From NCBI GenBank assembly GCA_013239625.1, contig MU054187.1, forward strand, positions 25,112,433-25,176,432: a DNA stretch of 64,000 nt. Direction: 5' to 3'. The notes beneath the pieces were generated by a model. It made no database searches, was not told where the DNA came from, and saw nothing but the letters and a program-made list of their open reading frames with translations. The position numbers were made by a program, and so were the translations under genes. The DNA comes from Lama guanicoe (taxonomy: Eukaryota). Below are positions 1-13,009 of this stretch, piece after piece (the stretch's first letter is position 1; every line of letters begins with the position of its first letter).

Positions 1-305
1 TGTGAACTCTCACAGGCTTCATCTTCCCAAAGTCTCAGCAATATTTCATTAACACAAAGAATCCACCTACCGTTGCTGGGTTTCCCTTCCCTGGGTTTGA
101 CCTAGAAACTCTTTTAAGGCAGTAAGCTGAAGCAATAGGAGGGTAGATCTCATTTGCTCCCTCCTTTCAGGGATTACTGTTCTTCATTGCCTGGTGTATA
201 ATGTCTCACAAACCATTGTTTCACATATTCAACCATTTTTTCGGTTGTTTCGGGTGGGAGGAAAAATCTAATCCCTGTTACTCTATTTCGGTCAGAAGTA
301 GAAGC
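1..305 (-). mobile_element. Ancient L1M (L1ME/L1MC-type) 5' end fragment, cut by the window edge
   Basis: Motifs aaggcagtaagctg, cagggattactgttcttcattgcctg and aatccctgttactc...cagaagtagaag resemble the reverse complement of old L1M 5' ends (recall). Confidence 0.5.
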
Positions 306-329
306 TTAAATTACTCATTTTAGTTTCTA

Positions 330-600
330 TTAAAAAAATTAATTTTATGGATGTATTGCAAATTAATTAACCAATTCTCAATTGATTATTTTTGGATAAA
401 AAATTGTATGCTTTTATTGCAGAAAAATGCTGCAATCAAAATCCTAATATATTATCTTTGTCTTGTAAATTAACTATATTATGTTTTAGAGGCTACATTT
501 CTCAATCAAAAATGTATATGCATTTAAAATTTTGATAAACATTATAAAATTGCCCATCAGAAGTTGCTACTAATTTTTCTTCCCACTAGTCTGAGGAAAA
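330..600 (-). mobile_element. Degraded L1ME-type 3' region
   Basis: AT-rich; ttaaccaattctc, atgctgcaat, gcatttaaaattttgataaacattataaaattgcc are typical of antisense L1ME 3' ends. Confidence 0.4.
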
Positions 601-689
601 CTATTACTAACTTATTACAACTGATTTTAAATTTTATCTCTTATTTACCCCAAATATATGCATTCTTCTCACTATATACACTTTGTATA

Positions 690-850
690 TCATTTAGTTC
701 TCATAGCATTAAGGTATTACTAATGTCCCAGTTTTACAGATGTGAAAACTGAGGTTTAAAAATATCTAGTAACATTTAAGTTTATAAAGTTTGATTCAGA
801 AGAGCCTGGATTTAGTATCTGATTGGTAACTGCAAAGTCTGAAGCTAGTC
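690..850 (-). mobile_element. MIR SINE fragment
   Basis: Core cccagttttacagatgtgaaaactgagg and agagcctggattt. Confidence 0.55.
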
Positions 851-2015
851 TTGCCCTTAGTACTGGCTTCCCCTCCTCCATCCTTGGCTGACTCATGGAA
901 GCCTATGAATCTCTCTTAGCCTGGATGAAGCTAGGTCTAATTAGAATCCCAATTTCACTCGTGGTATTTCTTGCCATTACCTTGTCCACATCACTGCTGT
1001 GGTGTCTGGAACAGTGCCAGCACCCCCCCCCCATACATTAGCCCTTCTTGGTTGAACTCTGTCTGCAAGTTCTGCCCTCTTAGGTACACAGTTTGCTGGA
1101 AGATTATAACTTAAAACAATGTTTTCCTCTGGCCCATGAGAGCACCACTGCATTTAGGGCATCCTCCTTGGAACTTGTAGATGCCTCCTTCACCTCAGCT
1201 TTCTCTCCCACTGCTCCTGGCACCAGGAGAGTCTATTCTTGCTTCACACTGCTTTTTACTACTGTATGTCTTGCATTTTTTTCTGAGCAAATCTGACTTT
1301 TCTTTTCTGATGGAACTGTCTTAAGCTCTAATTGCCAGAGCACTAACACAATTCCTATTTTTAGGTAAGGCCAATCTGTCTAATGCATTAGTCCTACCTG
1401 GATTCCTGACTCTGTTATCACTTCAGTGTACACTGGATGAAACACATATTTTATCCTTCTGCACAGCACTGTCAGCATTTCTGTTCTCTCACACAGCATC
1501 AGCTCCAATTATCACCATAAGAGGATCTGTTCTTCTGGTTTAAAACTCAATTCTATTTATCTTTTCTGTTTCTTAGCAGCTGAGCTCAACTCTGTCAGGC
1601 CTCTTCACATGGAGAGACAATTTTCCGAGTGCCATTCCCTTCCCAGATAGCAAATAATCTCCCTGGCCCAGGGATCTCCAGAGAGGTACTTAAGGACAGT
1701 CAAATTAGTGCACTTTTACCATTCATTATCTTTAAACATTTGGAAATTAAAACAGAAATAATTTTTCAGTCTCTTACTGCAACAAAACTTGTACTATTAT
1801 TTGAAAGATTATTATGCAGAATTAACATAACCAGGCAATTTTATGTGTACTATCAACAGAAAAAGAATTTAGGTATCAAACAATAGCAGAAAGTGTTCAG
1901 CTCAGAACTGAGAAAGAATCCCTTATGCATGAAACTTTTTTTAAAAAATAAGATTTTAGTTTTCTGCCTTGGGGATAAAGGACAATTGCTAGTGGACAGA
2001 TTTGAGATGTCTGAC

Positions 2016-2547
2016 TGTTAACTGAGTCCAAACTCGTTCTGCTCACCACACAACAGGCCAATAAACTGGGAGATGAGGTGTTGGGGCAAGGAAAAGCAAC
2101 GTTATTCAGAAAGGCGGCAGACTGAGAGGATGGCAGATTAATACCTTGGAGAACCACCTTCCTCCAGTCAGAATACAGGCTCCTTTTATACAAAACAAAA
2201 CAGAACAGAACAGGGGGGATGTGGTTAGTTATTGCAAACTTCTTGCTGCAGGAATTCTTTGTTCTTCCAGCAGTCCATGTGGAACAGGCCGGTGTCCCTG
2301 TAAGCCTCTAAAACAAAGGTTATTTTCTATTCTGCAAATTGTTGTCTTTATGTTACTGCAGAAGTATTAATATCCTTAAAGGTCAGAGCCTTGAGAATAG
2401 GCTCTCCTGTCTATTTCAGGCTAAAGACAACATTGTTTCACAAAAGGTGCAGAGCCAGTAAGACTAAGCCTAGAAAACACCGCACACAGTGGTTAAAACT
2501 GAAGGAACAGATCCAATATAGAGTCAGATTTGTTCTCCCCTAGTCCA
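2016..2547 (-). mobile_element. ERV1 solo LTR, MER41-like (copy 1, 532 bp)
   Basis: TG...CA termini and perfect 4-bp TSD tgac (2012-2015 / 2548-2551). TATAAAA on the minus strand. Clear similarity to 56387-56826 and 59292-59739. Confidence 0.9.
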
Positions 2548-2589
2548 TGACAACCCCACACATGCCTCATGACAGGGTTGGGTTCCTGC

Positions 2590-3029
2590 GAAGTATTTTG
2601 TTCTCTCTGTTATTGGCCATAGCTGATTGGTAATGAAGAGACAGCTGACTCAAACAAGGTCAATAAATGTTCTTTCCTAGAATATGTAGTTGGAATGCAG
2701 AAAACCCAGTCTGTTACCTGGCACACCTGGCTGGGAAGCAATCCCAACCCTGTGGAGTGGGAGTCATTTTCCATCATGTGCCATGAGAAATAACTAAGCC
2801 ATCCTAGAGTCTGAAAAAAGAAATCAAGTGATGCAACCAGAAATACAAAAAGAAACTACCATGGTGCTACAGAGAGCAGATGGTTAACATTTCCTATGAA
2901 ACCTCACTGTGCTTCCTGACCTCACATTTTAGGCAAAGACTGGTGTCCCTCCAATGGATTCCACTTCCTGTATTAGCTATGCTGAGTGTGTTCCTGTAGC
3001 TTGCAATTAAAAGAAGTTTTATCAAGACA
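2590..3029 (+). mobile_element. Old ERVL-MaLR LTR (MLT1J/K/L-like)
   Basis: tggccatagctgattgg near the start and ttcctgtagcttgcaattaaaagaagttttatcaagaca at the end resemble MLT1 3' termini. Confidence 0.5.
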
Positions 3030-3654
3030 GAGGTAATTCATAATATTGGGGTGGTTTGGATCAATCCAACCTGAAAGCAGAGGGAATGAATAACATTAGA
3101 ACTGTTCTGCTTCTTATCCATTTGAGCAAAAAGTACTGTTCTTAGTCAACATTTAGTAATAAGCATTGTATATTATGTGTCTTATGCAGACTCTTATTTT
3201 GTAAATTGGTAAAGGTAACATTGTAAGCAAATGGTATACTATTTTAATATGTGTTATAGCCTATTAATAAAATTCCAATAATAAAAAAAACTGTATTCAT
3301 TGAATATTTGTCATGTTGGACATGTAAACACTTTGCATACATTTTCTCTACTATTTCAATTTTATAACATATGGATTATTTTTGTCCTGATACTGTTTTA
3401 TACTTAGGAATATGAGGTATCTACAGAATAATGATCTTGTTTCTTTTATCAGAGAAATAACAACTGAAGGACCTTATATGATACACCTTCTATGTCATCT
3501 GTCCTGACTCTAATCTACTTTGGCTGTATATCTCTTAAACTAAAATGGCCAAATCAAGCAAAATGCCCTATATGTAACCTGACCAAATGTTAAGTGTAGT
3601 GAGACCATCATCTCCTATACTCTAGACAATATACCTTAATTAATTAATTAATAC

Positions 3655-4510
3655 ATTAAAATTCAATAAATATTTAGGTATCTTTCATGTGACAAATATT
3701 CTATTGAGTGCTAAGGTAGTCAAGATGAATTAGAATGAAATGGTGGAAAGATACAAACAGGAGAAAATTCTCTGGCAAGTGTTATTGTAGAGGTTAGAGC
3801 AAAGAACTGTGAGAAATCTTTCTAGAACGAAGTTAGAGGTAGATGTCTGGAAGATATCTTCAAGGCTGAGGAGAAGTTTGTTGGGTGAAAACTACAGAGG
3901 AATAGACACACTTTAGGTGAAGAGAATAAACATAAAAGCTTGAGGCAGCTTTAGAAATACAAGCAGAAATGACCGTGGTTCTTTGTGGCTGATGCAAAGG
4001 TGCTTGTATGTGGTGGGAGAGAAGTCCTATAGAGAAATGAGACTGGAATAAGTCTCATATAACTAAGTAAGGAGTCCACCCTTATATAGCACAATAAGAG
4101 CAGAGAGGTTTTGTAATTAAGGACTGACAGTGTCCTTCTGTTTATTTGATGGTAACTCTGATAGCTGCAGGGAGGATGGACTGAAGTCAGGATAATGAAG
4201 AGGCTGTGGTAGGAATCTAGAGACTGGAACAGTGGGGCATAGGAAAGGCAGGGACAATGAAAAGGAAGCCGTGTTTTGACATTGGATGATTTATTGGTAC
4301 ATTAGATGTGAGATGTAAAGGAGAAATGAGATAATTCTGAGGCTTCTAGATTGAGATAAACTGTGAACAATATATGATTAACCAAAGGGAGAACACGGGA
4401 TTTCAAACAATATTGGAGAAAGATCAGAAGATAACAGGATCAGTTTTGGGCCAGCTGGGTTTGAGAAATATATGTGATAAGCAGCTAGAAATGTCCAGTA
4501 GCAGCTGAAG
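3655..4510 (-). mobile_element. L2 LINE 3' fragment
   Basis: attcaataaatattt tail, purine-rich body, cagttttgggccagctgggtttgag...aaatgtccagtagcagctg. Confidence 0.65.
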
Positions 4511-4879
4511 GGCAACTTCAGATTACATTCATTTTGTAAGCAATCATGAGCCATCATTGATCAATAGTGATGTCTTTTAGAACATGGACACCCATCAAGC
4601 ACTTTTCCCACCTCTCCTCATTCTCTTGCAAAAAGTTATCTTAATTGAGGAACTTATCCAGCTTTCCTATTTAATTGTATTTTATTGTTTTCTGAAAGTC
4701 AAGATAATTTGCATCTAGAGTTTTTGATTCATCACAGACTTCTGCTTTTTGTTTTTTTACAGAGCTTACATTCTGGCATTATTTAAAGAAATACCCAAGT
4801 GGTTACAAATGTTGAGCAGGACCAGAAAGAAATGCTATAGCCTGCCAGTCCTGAGGGGTTATAAGATTACTTCACATTT

Positions 4880-5327
4880 TGTAACATCTCTCCTTGATTT
4901 GTCTGCCCTTCTCTGCCTTGTTCATTGCCCCAGGAATTTGAGTCTTACCAACTACATAATCTGAGCATCTTGCAGTCTTCTGGATTTTGGTTGGACCTGC
5001 CAATGGATGACTTGAGAAGGGCACCCAAGAGTGGGAGCAAAGAGAGGTCAAGGGCTTTATTTCCCTGCACTCTTTTTCAACTTTGAGTTGCTCATGTCAA
5101 GAGATTCTCCTTCCTGTGGTCCAGCCCTCCCTGGGCTCTAGAGATATCATGTTTTCTCTTTGCCCCCTTAGATAATAGGGTGATAATAGGTTTTGAGTTT
5201 CTGGGTTTTTCACTCTCTGTTGATGGCCTAAGTTCCATCCACACCTATGCACACAGACCATAAAATTATCTTCAAAACCCCAGCTGAGAACCTTGTTGAC
5301 TGAGTACCATGACCCTAACTGATGCAC
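4880..5327 (+). mobile_element. ERVL LTR (LTR33-like)
   Basis: ttctctgccttgttcattgccccagga, ttggttggacctgccaatgga, agagaggtcaagggctttatttccc; ends gaccctaactgatgca. Confidence 0.5.
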
Positions 5328-5520
5328 TGTCACTTGGTTTGACATTTTAGAGGTCTCTTCTATGTGAGTTTTGAATATGACCCAATGAAATTATTATGAA
5401 GGACTTATAACATTTCTCTTAAAAATAGCTCTTCTCTCATTCCACCACTACTTACAAGTGGAAGAATAATATGATATAACAGTTTCAAAGAATATTAGGA
5501 AAAAAACAGATCAGAGACTG

Positions 5521-5554
5521 CACACACACACACACACACACACATATATACACA
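5521..5554. repeat. (CA)n microsatellite with TA interruption
   Basis: Direct reading. Confidence 0.95.
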
Positions 5555-6943
5555 AGATGACCCCACTTGCTTCCATGAGCTCAAGTTACTTGGTTGCCCT
5601 TTCCCCACTGTGAAAATCATGATATAAGTCAAGAGTAGCTCTTTGAAGTAGAAACAATACACCAGCCTATAAATGTCTCATCAAGAGTAATCATTTGTTA
5701 TTTAGTCTATTAGGTCATTACACAGCCTTAGGGTAGCCAGAGTACCACTTACTACATAATAAGCAACTATACCCAAGAGAAGCCTGGGTTACTCTGATAT
5801 TAACTACTACCCATCAACTATGGCCAGGCTATATGAGAGAAAGCAAAGGTTCCAATGCTTACAGTCTCAATTTGTCCATTTGTGTAACATAGGTAGAAAG
5901 AAAAATGAATTTGGCATCAAAAGTTTAGAAGCAAGTGTCTCTTTCTCACCCTACTAAGGCTGGGGGAAAGGCTTAGCTGCTCAGGTCACAGGGACAATGT
6001 TTAAACATTCAGGTTCCTGGAAGATTTTCTATCTTTGTTGTTTAAAGCACATCTGTCCTTATTGGCAAAATGGGGGATGGGAGTATGGAGTCAGGGCTGG
6101 AGGTAAGCTGATTAATCTGAAGTTTTCTGGTATAGAAATTTTAATCATATTTCATTGTTTTTTTCCCCATAGGATATTCCCATTCCAGTTTTCTGAGAAT
6201 GTAAATTACTATTTGATTACATAAGAAATCCCAATTCCAAAGCAAAAGGCAATGTAAAACCTCAGTACAATGCTAGAAAGTTAAAACACCAGGGGGAAAA
6301 AAAAGATGAAATGATTTTTGCCAAGATCAAATAGTAACTCTTCAGTAACGGAGCGATGTTTAGAATTACAACTGTATCTGTTACTCAGATGGTGGCATAA
6401 TAGGAAAATTCTAAGAGACTATCATTGTTATTCTTAGAGTTATGAAAACAAAGCATAGCTTTAAATGATTTAACAATGATGTCCTGAAAGGCTGTATGTG
6501 GATTATGTTCCATGAAAGTAGGAAAGCTTTTTCTGTAAAATTAGATGTTGTATTTTCCAACATTGAAATTTGGAGTTTTCTCTGTTGGAAATTAACAAAC
6601 AAAAAAAAAGGTTTAAAAAGATATTATGATTACATCATTTAAGTAATACTTGAAATTTTTTTATTACTCATTTTTGGAATGCTTAGCTCCATTTGTGAGT
6701 TTCAGGTGCTATGTTATTAAATGAGGTAACTTTCTTTTCCTTAAAGCTTTGAAAAACACCAAGATTGTGTTTATATAAAAATAAATCTTATTTTTCCTAC
6801 TGCTTTCTGTATTTTTCTAAGACCCCTTGATATTAAATTTTCCTTCATCTCTTCCTCCAATGTTATCTCCTCCACCTTCTCTTTCTATTTACTTGTACTT
6901 TTATTGGTTTGAAGAGAATTGAAATTTAAAAAAAAGACTGCAA

Positions 6944-7320
6944 TTAACAAATATTGAGCACTTGCTGTATGGCATATACTGTGCTGATCCCTTTATGTAT
7001 ACAGTACAATATAATTTAGTCTTCCAAAGATCCTGTGAAAGGGTATTCTATTTTTTAAAATGTGAAATAATGTAGGATGATGGGTGTTAACTAAATACAT
7101 TGTGATAATCATTTCCTAATAAATACATAGATCAAATCATTATGTTGTACACTTTAAATTAATACAATATTCTGTGTCAGTTACGTCTCAATAAAACTGG
7201 AGGGAAATTCTTAGAAACACAGAGAGTTAACTAACTTGTATAAAGTAACACAGGTAGTAAGTGTTAAAAGAGTTGAGATTTGACAACTCTTTTTGAGATT
7301 TAGAGAGGCCTAAATCTCAC
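6944..7320 (-). mobile_element. MIR interrupted by an L1 3' fragment
   Basis: aacaaatattgagcacttgctgtatggcatatactgtgct on the left; agagagttaactaacttg...acacaggtagtaagtg on the right. Confidence 0.6.
7068..7207 (+). mobile_element. L1 (L1MA/MB-like) extreme 3' fragment
   Basis: tgttaactaaatacattgtgataatcatttc...atcattatgttgtacactttaa...ctcaataaaactgg. Confidence 0.75.
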
Positions 7321-8157
7321 AGTAATGTTTTTTAATTCCTATAAAATTTCTTACCAATTGTTGTAATTAATTAATAGTGATTTATTAAACAAAATTAATC
7401 TACATTTCACTTTTATGGCTCTTTATGGATCATTTTCTCCTCTGAAACACAGAAAGTTTTCATTTTTATCTGATAACAGCTTAAACTCTTCAAAGCTGTA
7501 GAAAGAATGAAATTCTGAATCCATTTGGTTTCCTATTTTTTCATTTAAAGTGATTTATATTCTATATAAACCCTCTACATTTTTTAATTTTAAGTAATTT
7601 TCCCACAAAATTTCAACAAATGTATAGAACATCTTGAAATATGGGGTTTTGTTTATTGAGTATCAGTAGAACAATCTATCCGCTCCATTGTCAAAGTCCC
7701 ACTAAACTCACCTTCGAAACAGATAACTTGCTTTTGTTGGGTACACACTCTAAGCCAAGACTTAGTAGACTCAGTAGATCAGATGTCAGCAAGCAACCTG
7801 CCTCTGGGGGGTAAGGACCCAGCTCAGCTCACTGAGCAGTAATCAGCGTAGTGGTGCCCCCATAGCCATTTGGGAAATTACTTTCCGAAAGAATTTTTTC
7901 TTACAGAAAATATCTGAAATATCAGGACAGTCTACTACATGGTGGCCTACATTCCCTAGGGCTATAGAGAGGACTCTTTTAGGAGAAAGTTTGATTTGAG
8001 GCTTTGTAGTTCTCCTGACCAGGGATAAATCCCCATTACTTTATCAAGGGGGTCTTACATTTAAGTTCTAGCATATATGACTTAGTTTATTTCTGATTAT
8101 TATAGGGCTAGAGTCGGGAGTATGGGCTAAAATTTATCTATGCCATCCATAAAAGAG

Positions 8158-8365
8158 ACAGTTTAGTGTAGATATTAAAACTGAGACCTCTAGTATATTT
8201 GATTTATATCTTGGCCCCATTACTTACTCTTGTCATCTTGGACAAATTACCTAATTTATTTAACCCTCTATTTTCTCACTCCAAATAGAGATAAAGACTA
8301 TTTATCTCATTGGGTTGTCAAAGTTCAGAACATATTCTATGCCTGGTGCTTAGCAAAGGTCAGTT
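8158..8365 (+). mobile_element. MIR SINE
   Basis: tcttggccccattacttact...cttggacaaattacctaa...ttttctca...atgcctggtgcttagcaaagg. Confidence 0.55.
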
Positions 8366-9714
8366 TTATGCTTTACAAAGGTTAATTTTAACTTGGGTAT
8401 GAAACACAGTATTTGTAACCTTTAATGTAGCAGATTAACTTATGGTGCCAACAGTTGCATGATTATGCGGTGTGTGGCCAGTGCCTCACAGAGGCCAATC
8501 AGCCTGGTTCACGGCCTTAGCTTTACCCAGCAAGGGCATAAGTATACCAGAACAAATCTATACTCATTACTGGAGGAAAAAATCAAAAATATCCACCCCA
8601 AGGCTGGTCAATCTGTCACCTTCATACACAGAGGGCAACATTAAAAATTGAGGGAAGTCAATGGATTAGCAGTTAGATTGGAAAGGGTATTCACAGTGAG
8701 CAGGCTTAAGAAGCAGCTCAGTGGAGTTGCTGCCACGGAACTAGTTTATGAAAAGGATTAAACATGACTGAAACAATTTGGATCTGTGATGTCAAGTAAG
8801 CCATATTTTCACATGCAATTCTTTATATAATTGGCTAGGTGAAAACTGGTTCCCTTCCTAATAAAGGAGTGTTCTTGAACAGAAATTAAAACCAAGCCCA
8901 ATTTCTGGACTAGAAATTAAAACATAAACACTCTTTACAAGTGTCTACCCTACTCCTGCCAAAGGTTGTATTAAATAATGAAAAGATGTTAGTTGCAGAT
9001 TATTGTCTTGCTAGGGGGCACAGCACAGCAAAACAAACATCCGGTAATGTGGTTTCCCTGATGATGCATGAATGAGAGCGAGGCAGTGATATGCAGAGAA
9101 CCTATACATAAAATGGTTTGATTTTGTTCTTGTTTCTGCTGCTGGCATGTCATTTGTCATTGGCAAATGTGAGAAGCCTCTTGATGGGATGATGCTTTGC
9201 TGAATTAGTCTGGTGGAAACAGATCTATAGTATCAGAACTTTATGATTATTTGGGGCTTACCTTTACTATAGAGCACTGTACAACTGCAAAAACTCATTA
9301 GCTTAACTCAAATGTCAAATTGTTATCTATCTTGCTTGGAGAAAAAGAACAGCCATATTCATCACCCATTTAGATGATTTTTTACATCAAAGTTTAACAG
9401 TAAGGTAGCATCTTATGTATTTTAAGTATTTTATACTCTATTGGATATTTTCACTTAAAGTATCTCTTTGAACCATAGTAAGAGAAAGTTATGATAGTCA
9501 TAAAAAAATCTTCCTAATTATGCAGGTTTAAAGGGACCAGAAGCAGTTAACAGGAGGTATAGTGAAGGGCTCTTTCAATAAAAACTTCGCATGGGTGCCC
9601 AGAATCCTCAGGAAGGGCTTGTAGGGCTAAAATACTTTTGTACCTAAAAGAAAACTAGTCACCACACCCACACAGTTTGAACTAGAATTCCTCCCCATTC
9701 ATGAAGGTCATTCT

Positions 9715-10110
9715 TTCTCCTTTCTTATCCCTGCTTCTCCCTTTTCTCCCCTTTCATTTTTTCTTTCTTTCTTTCTCTCTCTCTCTCTTTCTTCCTTCCT
9801 TCCTTCCTTCCTTCCTTCCTTCCTTCCTTCCTTCCTTCTTCCCTTCCTTCCTTTCTTTCTCTCTCTCTCTTTTTTTTTCTTTTTTTTTTTTTTTNNNNNN
9901 NNNNNNNNNNNNNNNNNNNNNNNNNNNNNNNNNNNNNNNNNNNNNNNNNNNNNNNNNNNNNNNNNNNNNNNNNNNNNNNNNNNNNNNNNNNNNNNNNNNN
10001 NNNNNNNNNNNNNNNNNNNNNNNNNNNNNNNNNNNNNNNNNNNNNNNNNNNNNNNNNNNNNNNNNNNNNNNNNNNTTCCTTCTTTCCTTCTTTTCTTTCT
10101 TCCTTTCTTC
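9715..10110. repeat. Polypyrimidine (CCTT/CTTT/CT/T)n tract containing an assembly gap
   Basis: Direct reading; N run 9895-10075 (181 N). Confidence 0.95.
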
Positions 10111-10194
10111 CTCTATTTCAGTTCATCTGAGATCACAGACCATAGGAGCCAGTCTGCCACAGAAACACCAAAACTGCCTCCATCAACACAGAAT

Positions 10195-10577
10195 TTCAAA
10201 AATATCAAATACTCTATGTTATCATTTAGATGTGGAATCTAAACATCTTTAAAAATGAATGTATATAACAAAACAGAAACAGACTAATAGATAAAGAGAA
10301 CAAAATAGTGGTTACCAGTGGGAAGAGGGGAGGGGAGAGTGGCAAGATAAGGTTATGGGATTAAGAGATACAAACTTTTCTGTATAAAATAGATAAGCAA
10401 CAAGGATATACTGTACAGCACAGGAAAATATAGCCATTATTTTGTAATAACTTTAAATGGAGTATAACTTATGAAAATATTAAATCACTATTTTGTATAC
10501 TTGACATTAATATAATATGGTAAATCAACTACACTTCAATAAAGAAAAAATCAAACATAAAAAGAATAAAAAAAAGA
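10195..10577 (+). mobile_element. 5'-truncated L1 3'UTR (artiodactyl/laurasiatherian type)
   Basis: atgtggaatctaaa, aacagaaacagact, gtggttaccagtggg, atactgtacagcacagg, cttcaataaag followed by A-rich tail. Confidence 0.85.
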
Positions 10578-10689
10578 TAATTTTCTTTTTCTCATGGTGC
10601 CTCTTACTGAATCTTCAGTCATCTTGGGGACATGAGATTAATTATTCATGTCAGTTCTTATCTTATTTCCCCAGTCTTCTCCTTCCATA

Positions 10690-10890
10690 GCCCCTTACTC
10701 AGACTTTTCTGATCACCTTCTAAAATATTATATACTTAGTAAGATTTGTTGTCTATTATTTGCCAGTCCCTCTCCTGTAAACTATAAACTCCATTGGGAC
10801 AGGGATGTTTGTTTAGTTCTCTGGTACCTGGCACAGAGTAGACCCTTAAAAAATACACACACACACACACACACGTGTGCACACACACAC
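10690..10890 (+). mobile_element. L2 3' end with a (CA)n tract at its tail
   Basis: taaactccattgggacagggatg...tacctggcacagagtagac; CA repeat ~10855-10890. Confidence 0.6.
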
Positions 10891-12805
10891 TTTGAATGGA
10901 AGAAGAGACAAACAATTTTCTTTTATTCTTCCAATAGGTAACCCAACACTTACTAAACATCACAATGAAGCCTAATTTAAACTTTTAGAAAATAGTGAGT
11001 AGAAATGTAAACATACATGTGCTGTCCACAATTTTATTTTGCAGAGAGTGATAAAAGTGCATTTCAATAGAGATGTGAAAAAGGCACAGAAGGGCTAATG
11101 CTGCATTTACTAGTAGAATGTAAAAGTTATTGGGTTTTATAAATTCAGTTATGTTCTTAACATGTGCTATTTTGCTGTCTGCAAACCCAAGAGTCACACC
11201 CACACCCAAATTTTTGCCATAGGTCCACCTTTTATCTTTCTCCTTCTTAGCCAACACTTTATTACATACTATTTGGCTAAGAGAACACAGCTTGTTATTA
11301 CAGTAAAAACATTCAGAGCTCCTCCATAGACAGACTCTCTTGAAAACCAAATATATAAGTAGTGGCACAATGCCTGGTTTTCAGCAAGATGAAGCTAAAT
11401 TCTTCTAGGTCCTGAACACACAGATCAGTGTTTCTGTGCTTCTCTTGTTAAGTCAGTTTTTCCCAGGCACATGTCCAGCCAAAGGAACCATATTTGAGTC
11501 TCTTATGGGGGCAGTGATCTTGGGCAAAAAGGACCTTTACAAATGACTTTGATAATTATGTGAATGATTCACTAGACAAAGAGACACCCACAGTTCACCA
11601 GGGACATTCAGCCTCATTCAACTTATTGTCCTTGTCCTTTTGTGGTCCCTAGACATCAAAATGCTCAAACCATAATTATCTAGGATTAGACAAGTTGATT
11701 TTGTATATATGTTAGAAACATGAACATGTAAGTCTCTTTGCTGAAACTCATTTTTCTTACAATGACAGACACACCAAACCACTCCTGCCATCACAATCAA
11801 ATGAGCTGTAAATAATAACAGCATATAGGGAGTCTGATTTGAAATGTAGTTTTACAAAGTTGTGGATTTTTCTTCAGATATATTCTGGTATTATAATTAC
11901 CAGTGAGAAAGGGTTTAACTACCTGAAAAAGATGAGAATAGAGAACAGAGTGTCCAAATGAGGACTATGCGTGGTACCTCAAATTGGCTGTTGACTGCTC
12001 CCTAAAAATCCCCTGATGTGGGGGAGGTGGAGATGGCACAAAGAAGAATATACTTGCTCTGTGAAGAAACAGAATGCCATATCAGGGCAGGAGTCATTAC
12101 TAACAAAGGAATAAAGGATCCCTTCAGGGGACATATGTTTACTGAAATGAAACACACACCAATTCCAAGTGAATATATAAAGAAGGGCTTCTCAGATTCT
12201 TGTCTTGTCTTCCCAGACAAATGCATTAGTCAACAGAGAATATTGTTTTCTCCTATTGAGCTGATTCTTTTGAGAAGGGAAAATGTGTTGTTCTGTTCCG
12301 AAAATGAGATATTTCTTGCCAAATCTCTCATTTACACTTATGTGCTAAAACTTTCTTTTTGGGTAGGATTTCCAGTTTGTTTATTACCTTAATACCCCTG
12401 TAAGTTGCTTCTTCTCTCTTTTTCTTAGACATTATAGACATTATTTTTTACTTGGCACTATTTTCTGAGAATGACTGGACTTTTTCTTCTATTATGTTAT
12501 GTCCATTGTCTCCGGTACTGTTGCTTTGTGATTTTTTTCTTAGACATTTTTCTTACCCTCTAAAGAAATGTGTGAAGTTTCAAATCTTGATTATATCAAT
12601 GCTAAATTAATTCTTCATAACATTTTAAAGTTATGTTGTATTATTCCAACTGAAAAAATAAAGGAAAACTTTCTTGCACTTGGGTTGCAATTTCTTTAGT
12701 TGAGGTTTCAACATCATGTAAGTGACAGTCCAACTTTGTTCCACTTGTATCCAGTCACCTATTTATCACCATACCATCCTCTGAGAGTCTCTGAGAACTG
12801 GTTAA

Positions 12806-12843
12806 GAAAAAAGAAAAGAAAAGAAATGAAAAGAAAAGAAAGG

Positions 12844-12874
<31 letters not shown>

Positions 12875-12902
12875 GAAAAGAAAAGAAAAGAAAAGAAAAA
12901 AA
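12806..12902. repeat. (GAAAA)n pentanucleotide repeat
   Basis: Direct reading. Confidence 0.95.
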
Positions 12903-13009
12903 ATTCTTCCAGCTTGCCTGTAAATATAACTTTCTATCTTGTGAACTATGGAATACAATCTCTTTGCAAATTCCAAAGCCACTTTCTATGAAAAGAAACT
13001 TGGCTTCTT

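Noticed and set aside
2016..2547. STAT1 GAS sites in the MER41-like LTRs
   Set aside because: Manual scan found no TTCNNNGAA in any of the three copies
9701..10252. 183-aa hydrophobic ORF
   Set aside because: Translation of a CCTT/CTTT repeat and an N gap
10915..10943. Second AG|GT juxtaposition (ttcttccaatAG|GTAACC)
   Set aside because: Weak donor, no clear branchpoint, next to an L2/CA repeat; likely chance
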